The notes below the pieces were generated by a model, which was not told the origin of the DNA, ran no database searches, and saw only the letters and a list, made by a program, of their open reading frames with translations. The translations under genes and the position numbers were made by a program. From a virus, in the UHGV virus genome UHGV-0207821: a DNA stretch of 9,917 nt; one strand, given 5' to 3'. Below are positions 1-6,669 of the stretch, piece by piece (position 1 is the stretch's first letter; each line of letters begins with the position of its first letter).

Positions 1-73
1 TGTGCCCCCATCGCTCTGATAGCCTGGTGTCGTCAGGTCCTTCCTGGAATTATGGCCCGTTACGGGGCGGCGG

Positions 74-616
74 TTACTCGCCTTTGTTCTGTAGCAACTT
101 CTCAGGCGCGCTTCCGGTAGTTTCCATCAGGTAATCAGCCAGTATCTGTGGCAGGTTTTCGTCAAGTCTTGCACATGCGTTACATGCTTTGGCTATTTCC
201 CTTTTTAGTTCATCCAGCATATACGGCCTTATATCGGGAAAGCGCCTTTGCATTGTGAGCGGGAGGCTGTCCATGATTGATGAAATCTGACTCGCTAGTT
301 TTGAAATCGCGTAGATGCAAAACTTTGTATCAATCACCTCGCCGCGTTCGCGCTCGTTTTTAAGTTCCTGCGCTTCCGCCTGGGCCGTCATTAATCTGAT
401 TCTTACGCGTAAAAGTTCATCATCATCAATCTCGCCTTTGTCGTTTGTAAGCTGGTTAATTGCATTGTTAACCCTATTGTCTATCACGCTGGCAACATCA
501 TAAAACGCCTCACGGCCTTTACGTTCAACGGGAGTCACTCCCCACTTGTCGAATGCTGTAGCACTTACCCGGCAGCTTTGCGCCATGGTTTTTTTGTTCA
601 TCAGGTGCGATTTCAT
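74..616 (-). CDS. Terminase small subunit, lambda gpNu1-like (possible packaging-redirecting TerS homolog)
   Basis: Translation aligns along its full length with lambda Nu1 as I recall it (e.g. RLMTAQAEAQELKNERERGEVIDTKFC...MDSLPLTMQRRFPDI vs lambda RLTRAQADAQELKNARDSAEVVETAFC...LDGLPLSVQRRFPEL). Start chosen at ATG 616 because of the upstream GGGGA Shine-Dalgarno; ATG 601 and GTG 628 are alternatives. Sits directly downstream of the cos site, as in lambda. Confidence 0.85.
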   Translation of the reverse strand: MKSHLMNKKTMAQSCRVSATAFDKWGVTPVERKGREAFYDVASVIDNRVNNAINQLTNDKGEIDDDELLRVRIRLMTAQAEAQELKNERERGEVIDTKFCIYAISKLASQISSIMDSLPLTMQRRFPDIRPYMLDELKREIAKACNACARLDENLPQILADYLMETTGSAPEKLLQNKGE

Positions 617-817
617 CAATATCCCCACTTAGTTAAGGTTTCAGGTTGGTGTGTTGGTGTTATCTTTCCCTTTTTATTCATAGAGATAGAGCGAAAAACA
701 AAACCACCACCACCAACCCGAAAAGGCTCATAAATAGCGAAAATCCGCAAGGTCGCCGCCCCGTAGCCTGCCGGATCGCCGGAAAGGACCCGCCAGCCAG
801 AACGGGCCCTAATTTCA
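617..817 (-). other. Lambda-type cos site: cosN 12-mer at 750-761 plus cosB-like repeats
   Basis: Plus-strand AGGTCGCCGCCC at 750-761 is the exact reverse complement of the lambda cohesive end GGGCGGCGACCT. The minus-strand sequence just after it (TGCGGATTTTCGCTATTTATG) closely matches lambda CGCGGGTTTTCGCTATTTATG (R3 region, from memory). AGCGAAAA repeats at 690-697 and 736-743; inverted CACCAAC-rich blocks at 644-660 and 704-719 flank an AT-rich core. Confidence 0.75.
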
Positions 818-1201
818 TCAACCAATCAGCTTATAGCGACCATCCCGTGCATTGCGACGTACACGCTCAATCTTGAGGCATAGCGCCGCATCTGGCTTTT
901 TGGGGACAGGTACGCGGCAATATTCAGAAGCTCGAGGAATATTGTTTATCCAGTCGATCACTTCACTTAAATACCAGGCTTTACGCCCTTCCGTAACCTG
1001 TACGCGTTCGGGGAACTCTCCACGAGCCTCAAGGTTTAGCAATGTGCGACGGCTAAGGGTAGTAAGTTCCATCACCTGATTCATATCAACAAGGCGTTCA
1101 CTTAAACGCATTTTGTCAGCAATAGCCTTTAATTCCTCTACTGCTGGATCCGGATACATCATTTCGGCAATTGGCTTAAGGTCATTGTAATGATTCTGCA
1201 T
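818..1201 (-). CDS. AlpA/MerR-like helix-turn-helix DNA-binding protein, function unknown
   Basis: Central motif MELTTLSRRTLLNLEARGEFPERVQVTEGRKAWYLSEVIDWINN has the AlpA/excisionase-type HTH pattern. ATG at 1201 is preceded by AGGGGGA. Lies between the gpD-like gene and cos. Confidence 0.7.
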   Translation of the reverse strand: MQNHYNDLKPIAEMMYPDPAVEELKAIADKMRLSERLVDMNQVMELTTLSRRTLLNLEARGEFPERVQVTEGRKAWYLSEVIDWINNIPRASEYCRVPVPKKPDAALCLKIERVRRNARDGRYKLIG

Positions 1202-1212
1202 TGTATCCCCCT

Positions 1213-1554
1213 TTACACACGAGCCAGCGGCTGAACAGAAATACCTGAGCCAACAAACGCGGCAACCTTTGCCGACAGTTCTCTTACAGACTCAGGCCAG
1301 TTCAGAGCATCAACATTTAAAACACCTGTCTTATAAACCTGTGCCTGTGTTTTTTTCGCTGTGTCGATTTGTACAGCGGAAACATAAACCGCTTTGCCTG
1401 CGCTCGTTCCATCCCATACCACTAGCGCACCAGTTGCATCTTCCTGCATCAGTGGCGTAAACGCAGGTATTACCCCTTTATTGGCTGAAAATATCCCCAG
1501 CGTAGTAACCAGTGCTTCAGTGCCAGACATGAGTTCAGTGTAATGAGTAGCCAT
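1213..1554 (-). CDS. Head decoration protein, lambda gpD-like
   Basis: 113 aa; conserved blocks shared with lambda gpD from memory (TPLM, VVWDGT, YKTG, WPE, AAFVGSGISV vs TPLM, VAWDGT, YKSG, WPE, TAFAGTAISIV). SD AGGGGGAG precedes ATG 1554. Confidence 0.85.
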   Translation of the reverse strand: MATHYTELMSGTEALVTTLGIFSANKGVIPAFTPLMQEDATGALVVWDGTSAGKAVYVSAVQIDTAKKTQAQVYKTGVLNVDALNWPESVRELSAKVAAFVGSGISVQPLARV

Positions 1555-1563
1555 TGCTCCCCC

Positions 1564-2610
1564 TTAGCCAATGCGAACGGTAACAAAACGATTGATGCGG
1601 GCCGGTATTGGCTGTGGTGCAGAGTGCGTTTGTACGTACTCAATAGCCGGATCACCAGGCACAATATAGTTTTTCGGTGCAAGTTCGGCTTTAGTCAGCC
1701 CCATTCGGGTTAGCTCCGGATCCTGAATACCGCCATAGGCGACAATCCCCTGAAGAGCCGTATTGCCAAGCACCATCAAATCAGGATCAAGGAAATGTTT
1801 TTCAGTTCCGTCCTCGTCGGTATAACGTCCGCTGTAAACAACAATCGCAACATCGCCCATATACCCTTTAAAACTCACCGAATCACCAAGGTCTTTAAGG
1901 GCCGTTTCCAGTTCGGAATTAGAACCACGGCGGGTATCCAGAGCCTCTTTTATCGCTCTGAATGAACGGTATTTCTTCCATACATTACCGCCCATAATGA
2001 TGATATTAGTGACGCCCTCACTAAATTCTGCGTAGCTCTCAATATCATCATTTGGATCAAAAGTTTCTTTATCCTTACCTGACCACTCAGCACCGCCAGA
2101 CTGCGTGATAATATTTTGTGGTTTTATATTCCAGTCCAGTTCATAACGTTCAATACCATCGCCCTCAATGATATTTTTCCCCGTTGTGATTGCCTGAACA
2201 GCAAGCCATTCAATACGTGCACGTATAGCTTTAGCCTGATTTACAATCGCCTGTTTAACTTTAATATTACGCGCCCCAAAAGCATTGTATTGTTCAGGTG
2301 ATACACCAGCAGGGCGCACAGCTAACTTATTTGGATCAATGCTGCTTTTCGGTTTCATATAGCCAGGGCGAATTATTTTTGATTCGTATCCCTCATCTCG
2401 TGAAACTTTACTGCCCACCATAGGAGAGCAAAACGCCGCGATCGGGATATTTGGATCGTCGATCGTATCAAGAATAATGTCTCTCGATTCAAAGATTACC
2501 GAGCGAGTGAAAAACAAACTGGTAAACAACGCATTTAATTTTTTTTGCACATCTTCAGCATTAGCCACCTGCACAAGCTGTGTAGGCGAATATAAATCAA
2601 CCATACTCAT
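1564..2610 (-). CDS. Major capsid protein, lambda gpE-like (HK97 fold)
   Basis: Long collinear similarity to lambda gpE as recalled (MSMVDLYSPTQL vs MSMYTTAQL; DTRRGSNSELETALKDLG and GDVAIVVYSG essentially identical). Start is the ATG at 2610 (MSMV...) preceded by AAAGAGGA, not the ORF-track start at 2691. Confidence 0.9.
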   Translation of the reverse strand: MSMVDLYSPTQLVQVANAEDVQKKLNALFTSLFFTRSVIFESRDIILDTIDDPNIPIAAFCSPMVGSKVSRDEGYESKIIRPGYMKPKSSIDPNKLAVRPAGVSPEQYNAFGARNIKVKQAIVNQAKAIRARIEWLAVQAITTGKNIIEGDGIERYELDWNIKPQNIITQSGGAEWSGKDKETFDPNDDIESYAEFSEGVTNIIIMGGNVWKKYRSFRAIKEALDTRRGSNSELETALKDLGDSVSFKGYMGDVAIVVYSGRYTDEDGTEKHFLDPDLMVLGNTALQGIVAYGGIQDPELTRMGLTKAELAPKNYIVPGDPAIEYVQTHSAPQPIPARINRFVTVRIG

Positions 2611-2777
2611 CCTCTTTACATTCATTACAAATAATTGTGAATATATTCTATTACCGATGTCTGCTATGCGAATACATGCAAACAAGTGCAATGTTGTATA
2701 AAATATGCCGTGACAACTTCAGTGCTGATAATTCGTGTTAATGTATTTACTTCCTTTGGTCGGGATTTATGTAGCAT

Positions 2778-2810
2778 GCCGGAAAATCTATTTTTTTCCG
2801 GCATCTTTTT
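2778..2810 (+). terminator. GC hairpin with T-run in the ssb to capsid intergenic region
   Basis: GCCGGAAAA (2778-2786) pairs with TTTTCCGGC (2794-2802), followed by ATCTTTTTGTTT. The T-run is on the plus strand, so it is a weaker fit as terminator of the minus-strand ssb operon. Confidence 0.3.
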
Positions 2811-2821
2811 GTTTGCAGAAT

Positions 2822-3244
2822 TTAAAACGGTATATTATCGCCGTACGGATCATCATTCCCCGACTGTTGTTTTGCCCTGTTCAGTGCGTCAGTGGCCTGC
2901 CCCTGCTGACCTTTTTTGCCGCCCGGTCGCGCCGTTCGCGCACTGATTACGCTGTCTGCGATAACCTGCCAGCCCCGCCGCGTTTCGCCGTTCTGGCCTG
3001 TCCACTGGCTTACCTGCATGTTACCCGCCACGCTCAGGAGTTCACCCTTGCGGTGCTTTGCCAGTGCTTCGGCCTGTCTGCCAAACGCCAGGACGGATAA
3101 CCACATCGTCGCCGTTCCGTCATCTGCCTGGCTGCACGGAAGTGGGACCGCCATACTCGCCATCGTCATTTGTGTACCCTTGCTGGTGGTCTTTAACTGC
3201 GGGTCAGCCACCAGCCGCCCGTAAGCCGCTATCTGTGCTGTCAT
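2822..3244 (-). CDS. ssb: Single-stranded DNA-binding protein (SSB), short form
   Basis: OB-fold region resembles E. coli SSB (QIAAYGRLVADPQLK vs KVILVGNLGQDPEVR; WLSVLAFGRQAEALA vs WHRVVLFGKLAEVAS). Gly/Gln-rich linker and acidic C-terminal tip DDPYGDNIPF (cf. DFDDDIPF). ATGA start/stop overlap with the upstream gene. Confidence 0.85.
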   Translation of the reverse strand: MTAQIAAYGRLVADPQLKTTSKGTQMTMASMAVPLPCSQADDGTATMWLSVLAFGRQAEALAKHRKGELLSVAGNMQVSQWTGQNGETRRGWQVIADSVISARTARPGGKKGQQGQATDALNRAKQQSGNDDPYGDNIPF

Positions 3245-3492
3245 GCTGTCTGCTCTCCGGTTTTAACGTTGATGGTTGTCACCTGTTCCGCTTCGGCAAT
3301 CTCCCGTTCTGTCAGTGTGGCAAAATTTGCCGCCGCCGTGGTCATGAATGCGCTTATCAGTTCGGGATGCGCTTTCGCGTATCCTTCTCCGGCGTGGCGG
3401 TCTATCGTTCTGATTGCCACCTTTAAGGCGTGCTCTGTCATGTCTAATGCGCGATATTTTGGTGCTGTTTTATCTCTGCTTTTTCTGGTCAT
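3241..3492 (-). CDS. Hypothetical protein
   Basis: ORF-track frame 3241-3522; start taken at internal ATG 3492 (MTRKSRDK...) so that it does not run over the iterons. Stop overlaps the ssb start (ATGA). Confidence 0.45.
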   Translation of the reverse strand: MTRKSRDKTAPKYRALDMTEHALKVAIRTIDRHAGEGYAKAHPELISAFMTTAAANFATLTEREIAEAEQVTTINVKTGEQTA

Positions 3493-3503
3493 TCCCCACC
3501 ACT

Positions 3504-3694
3504 CCCCACTTTTTCGCCTCACTTTTTAAGCTCCCCACATGATTTCCAACCTTGTTTTTTTGTGATTCTAATATGTTGTTTTTCAATGTGTTTTTTATTC
3601 CTCACTTTTGAGCCTATATACAGATTGAAAAGTGAGGGGCGCGGTTGCTTTTTGTTCAGTTCCTGCTATCCCCTCACTTTTGCGCCTCACTTTT
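3504..3694. repeat. Iteron array with AT-rich core, candidate replication origin
   Basis: CCTCACTTTT at 3517-3526, 3600-3609, 3672-3681, 3685-3694; variant CCCCACTTTT at 3504-3513; inverted copy AAAAGTGAGG at 3628-3637 forming a palindrome with the 3600 copy. T-rich stretch 3551-3599. Immediately 3' of the replication helicase gene. Confidence 0.55.
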
Positions 3695-5109
3695 TACAGT
3701 GGGCGCACATCATCACCGTCAATAGCGATAACGCCGTCTCTTTCCAGCTTGTACAGCCAGCGCCGGAAGTTTTTCATCTCATACCCCAGCTTTTTCATAT
3801 CATCGCGCAACAACGGGATAGTGCATTTATCGCCGCGCTGTGTGCGTGACCGGATACAGCCCCATAGTGCGGCGTGATTCTCCGTCTTGTTTCCGGCCTC
3901 CTCGATGCGCTCCAGTTCAACGGGTGGGCGCGGCTTATCCACAACCACCAGCGACGTGATTAACTCCTTGTCAGCGTCGGTAAAAAGCTCCACCACACGT
4001 AAATCATATGCAGCCTCTTTCAGTTCCTCCGCGTCCTTCATTTTGGTGCAGGAGATAACCAGGGCCTCACTGTCCGCGCCTTCGCGGCGGATCCGGTACT
4101 CAGCGTCCAGAGATGCACGAAATGCACTGGAACCACGCGCCCCTTTTGTTTCATCCTTGCCGGAATGGTGAACCACCAGCACCGTGGCCCCTGTGCGTCG
4201 TTTCAGTTCGTCACATCCACGGATAAACGCCCCCATATCCCGCGCGTCATTTTCATCATTACCGCCAAAGCAACGCGCCAGCGTATCCAGAATAATCATG
4301 CGTACCGGTTTACCCGTTTCCCGTTCAACCTGGCGGGATGCGATAACCATTTCATCAACATCAAACTGGGCTGCAGGAAAAATCGGGCGGTTTACCAGGT
4401 ACAGATTTTTCACCCGTTCATCATTAACGATTTCCCATGCCTTGATACGGCGGGGGACACCAATGCCACCTTCACCGACAACATACATCACCGAACCATG
4501 CGCCACCCTGCGACCTCCCCAGTGGCGACCCGTGGCAACATGACACGCCCAGGAACACGCGAGGAACGATTTATAGGAACCGCTCGCGCCGTATGTGCTG
4601 CACAATGAATTAGCCGGAATCACGCCCTTAACGACATAATCAAGCTGTGTGTCGTACCCTGCAGATCCAATGCTCATTGGTAGCGTGGTTTTTCGCTGGC
4701 TGTATTGCTCGTCAGTAAGTATTTCCCCGCGCTCTGCCTGTTCGCGGATCCGTTGCAGGTAGTCGTGCCAGTTCTCCAGCTTCTGACTGTGCATTCCCTC
4801 AGGGTAATAATTCGCATCCCGTACACCTGCCGCCGCCAGCTTTTGCCCGATGGCATTAATATTTGACGGCTTGATGTGGCCTGCCTTGTACAGTCGGACA
4901 CAATAGCGACCATCGTCGATAATTTTCAGGCCTGCCAGTTCGTCAAGCTGGCTGTCTCCCAGCCATACAGGCGGAACATTGTCGCCAGCAAGTCGCCCGT
5001 CCTGCTCCTGCCATTGTTTCGCGTGCGCCCAGGCATCACTACCCGCAAAAATAATGACTTCGGTCATTTTGTCGTAAGGCTGTTTTTTTAAGTTCGGTGC
5101 GCTTTTCAT
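3694..5109 (-). CDS. Replication initiation helicase, RepA/DnaB-like RecA-fold ATPase with C-terminal winged-helix domain
   Basis: 471 aa. Walker A-like YGASGSYKS, Walker B-like RMIILDT, then VLVVHHSGKD, typical of RepA-like (AAA_25) helicases. C-terminal LGYEMKNFRRWLYKLERDGVIAIDGDD looks winged-helix. SD AGGGG before ATG 5109; ATGA overlap with the upstream ORF. Confidence 0.8.
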   Translation of the reverse strand: MKSAPNLKKQPYDKMTEVIIFAGSDAWAHAKQWQEQDGRLAGDNVPPVWLGDSQLDELAGLKIIDDGRYCVRLYKAGHIKPSNINAIGQKLAAAGVRDANYYPEGMHSQKLENWHDYLQRIREQAERGEILTDEQYSQRKTTLPMSIGSAGYDTQLDYVVKGVIPANSLCSTYGASGSYKSFLACSWACHVATGRHWGGRRVAHGSVMYVVGEGGIGVPRRIKAWEIVNDERVKNLYLVNRPIFPAAQFDVDEMVIASRQVERETGKPVRMIILDTLARCFGGNDENDARDMGAFIRGCDELKRRTGATVLVVHHSGKDETKGARGSSAFRASLDAEYRIRREGADSEALVISCTKMKDAEELKEAAYDLRVVELFTDADKELITSLVVVDKPRPPVELERIEEAGNKTENHAALWGCIRSRTQRGDKCTIPLLRDDMKKLGYEMKNFRRWLYKLERDGVIAIDGDDVRPL

Positions 5110-5405
5110 TTCTTGCCCCTGAATCCGTTAATCATGGTTTTCAGCTTCTGGATGTTTGCCCGTGCCCTGGCGTTGCTGGTGGGCACGTTATGCGGCGCGG
5201 TCTGTACCAGAGAAAAATCACACCGGAACTGATAAACAGGCATCACGCAATCATATTCGTAACCTTCACGGCGGTAGATTACGCGCCGTTCTTCCACGCC
5301 CTTAATCATTACCGTGCCGCCGTACTGGTCGCGGTAAATATCACCGCGCGTAAATTTAGGGTGAGTGTTGCCACTGGCAGTTAAGCCAGAATATTTAAGT
5401 TTCAT
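5106..5405 (-). CDS. Hypothetical protein, translationally coupled to the replication helicase
   Basis: 99-aa ORF; SD GGAGAA upstream of ATG 5405; stop overlaps helicase start. No family recognised. Confidence 0.55.
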   Translation of the reverse strand: MKLKYSGLTASGNTHPKFTRGDIYRDQYGGTVMIKGVEERRVIYRREGYEYDCVMPVYQFRCDFSLVQTAPHNVPTSNARARANIQKLKTMINGFRGKK

Positions 5406-5410
5406 TATTT

Positions 5411-5644
5411 TTATTCTCCGGTGTGCTGTTCTTTATATCTGTCGTGCAATAGATCTATTTCTTGCAGTTCCATTATTACAGGCTCAAGAAGCGTTATTAA
5501 TGCCGTGGCAATTCTTGATTTTTGTTTGTCGCGTTCATTGTCGCCAAGTGTTTCAAGCCATATGCGCAATATTTCCAGCATGTTTTCACTGTGAGAAAGT
5601 GCAAGAAATGCGCGGTCTATTGTTTCGTGGTAAATATCACGCAT
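5411..5644 (-). CDS. Hypothetical small protein
   Basis: 77-aa ORF in the same operon, 8-nt start/stop overlap with the upstream ORF. No recognisable motif. Confidence 0.5.
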   Translation of the reverse strand: MRDIYHETIDRAFLALSHSENMLEILRIWLETLGDNERDKQKSRIATALITLLEPVIMELQEIDLLHDRYKEQHTGE

Positions 5645-5870
5645 GGCTTACATCCTCAGGAAATTTTCTTCTGTAACGCGCCTCTGCCACATATTCCGCA
5701 TAATCGGCGGCGATATTCAGTACATCAAATCCCGTTGATTTATATTCTCTCGTGGAAAGTAAGAAAAAAGCCGCTCTAATAAGCTCTGGCATTGACGAAA
5801 GCGCATCAGCCGCATCATCAGGAACGCCGGAAAATTCCTGTTTCAGGGAATTAAAACGATCATCACGCAT
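5637..5870 (-). CDS. Hypothetical protein, downstream half of a possible poly-G frameshift pair
   Basis: 77-aa ORF whose ATG (5868-5870) lies 2 nt from a G9 tract on the coding strand; the upstream ORF ends just after the tract in another frame. Confidence 0.45.
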   Translation of the reverse strand: MRDDRFNSLKQEFSGVPDDAADALSSMPELIRAAFFLLSTREYKSTGFDVLNIAADYAEYVAEARYRRKFPEDVSHA

Positions 5871-6103
5871 AACCCCCCCCCATTTTCACAATCAGCAATC
5901 AGGATGGCTTTGGCCTCATTCAGCGCCATATCCGCACTAAGTTGCATAACCGCCAGCGAATGAGGAACGAAAGCCCCGGCATATTCTGTTTCACTGGTAG
6001 CGTGCTTATGCGCCCTGTCCGCGATAACAGAAATATCAATCGGCGCATCAATCAGTGTTTTGATTGCTTCGGCGGCTGCGTCCGGACGGGTGTTATTGCA
6101 CAT
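5843..6103 (-). CDS. Hypothetical protein, upstream half of a possible poly-G frameshift pair
   Basis: 86-aa ORF; the G9 tract encodes the GGG in ...ADCENGGGLCVMIVLIP near its C-terminus. A 10-G tract would fuse it in frame to the 5637-5870 ORF. Confidence 0.45.
   Translation of the reverse strand: MCNNTRPDAAAEAIKTLIDAPIDISVIADRAHKHATSETEYAGAFVPHSLAVMQLSADMALNEAKAILIADCENGGGLCVMIVLIP
5873..5881 (-). repeat. Homopolymeric G9 tract (C9 on plus strand) at the junction of two ORFs
   Basis: Nine consecutive C on the plus strand at 5873-5881, inside one ORF and directly upstream of the next ORF's ATG. Confidence 0.9.
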
Positions 6104-6461
6104 GGTGCACCTCCTGGCGAATACGGGCGGCGAATACCATCACGCAGCCAGCCGGGGATTGCTGACGTGCTTCCTGTTCGCTGGTGGCCTCGATGTGAAT
6201 CACGCGCGGTTGTGCCGTGCTCAGGGCGATAAAACGCCAGATAAAATTGTTCTCGCATTTCTGAATAAACAGCGTGTTTTCTTCGCGCCCTTTCCATGTT
6301 GCCGAGATATAGCCCATGTCATTGAGCATCTCGCAGGCATCCACCAGCGTATCAGCGGCTACGTGTACAGTGTTTTTACCGTCAGCCATGCAATCACGGT
6401 GCACCGCCAGGAAGGTGTATATAAATTTAGGGTGAGTTTGGGTATGCTGTGTTCCAGCCAT
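6093..6461 (-). CDS. Hypothetical protein, first gene of the leftward operon
   Basis: 122 aa from ATG 6461 (MAGTQHTQTHPKF...), SD GAGGT about 8 nt upstream. Normal amino-acid composition, unlike the junk-like translation further upstream in the same frame. Confidence 0.5.
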   Translation of the reverse strand: MAGTQHTQTHPKFIYTFLAVHRDCMADGKNTVHVAADTLVDACEMLNDMGYISATWKGREENTLFIQKCENNFIWRFIALSTAQPRVIHIEATSEQEARQQSPAGCVMVFAARIRQEVHHVQ

Positions 6462-6669
6462 AATCGTTACCTCATTTAACGGTTTGGTTAGAAGCCCGGT
6501 TAGTGTTCGCGCACTGCCGGGTTTCGTCGTTTTTATGAATCGCTCATTGTGAGATACATAGCGACCCCCATGTGAGATACACATTATATTGTGGTGATAT
6601 ACATTGCAAGTGTTTTTATATCTCACTTTTGTGTATAGTGATATACACATAACAAATTGGTGATTAACT
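6462..6669. promoter_or_regulatory. Divergent regulatory region with operator-like repeats
   Basis: Four same-orientation copies of GTGA(G/T)ATACA at 6549-6558, 6572-6581, 6593-6602, 6639-6648; inverted partial TATCTCAC at 6619-6626; palindrome GTGTATA-GTGA-TATACAC at 6631-6650 just upstream of the RHH gene. Lies between divergent gene starts at 6461 and 6670. Confidence 0.55.

Noticed and set aside
1-73. Start of a large terminase gene overlapping the Nu1-like 3' end, as in lambda
   Set aside because: No overlapping in-frame start inside the Nu1-like gene; the only candidate is an ATG at 11-9 on the minus strand with three codons before the window edge, too little to call.
616-825. 69-aa minus-strand ORF from the six-frame track
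   Set aside because: It spans the cosN 12-mer and cosB-like repeats and has Gly-rich low-complexity composition; the region is better explained as the non-coding cos site.
315-1682. Other ORFs antisense to the Nu1-like, HTH and gpD/gpE-like genes (315-503, 646-876, 852-1079, 1269-1460, 1470-1682)
   Set aside because: They overlap strongly supported genes or the cos site and lack protein-like composition.
2656-2676. P2/P4 Ogr/Delta-type late promoter dyad (TGT-N12-ACA) upstream of the capsid gene
   Set aside because: The only candidate has a 13-nt spacer and lies only about 57 bp from the ATG, too close for a -55 activator site.
2477-3426. Plus-strand ORFs antisense to the SSB and adjacent genes (2477-2701, 2686-2946, 2735-3100, 2916-3224, 3058-3426)
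   Set aside because: They overlap confidently identified minus-strand genes and have Cys/Arg/Pro-rich junk-like translations.
3887-4608. Plus-strand ORFs antisense to the replication helicase (3887-4171, 4165-4608, 4184-4543)
   Set aside because: Antisense to a gene with clear conserved motifs; Ser/Arg-rich composition; no ribosome-binding sites.
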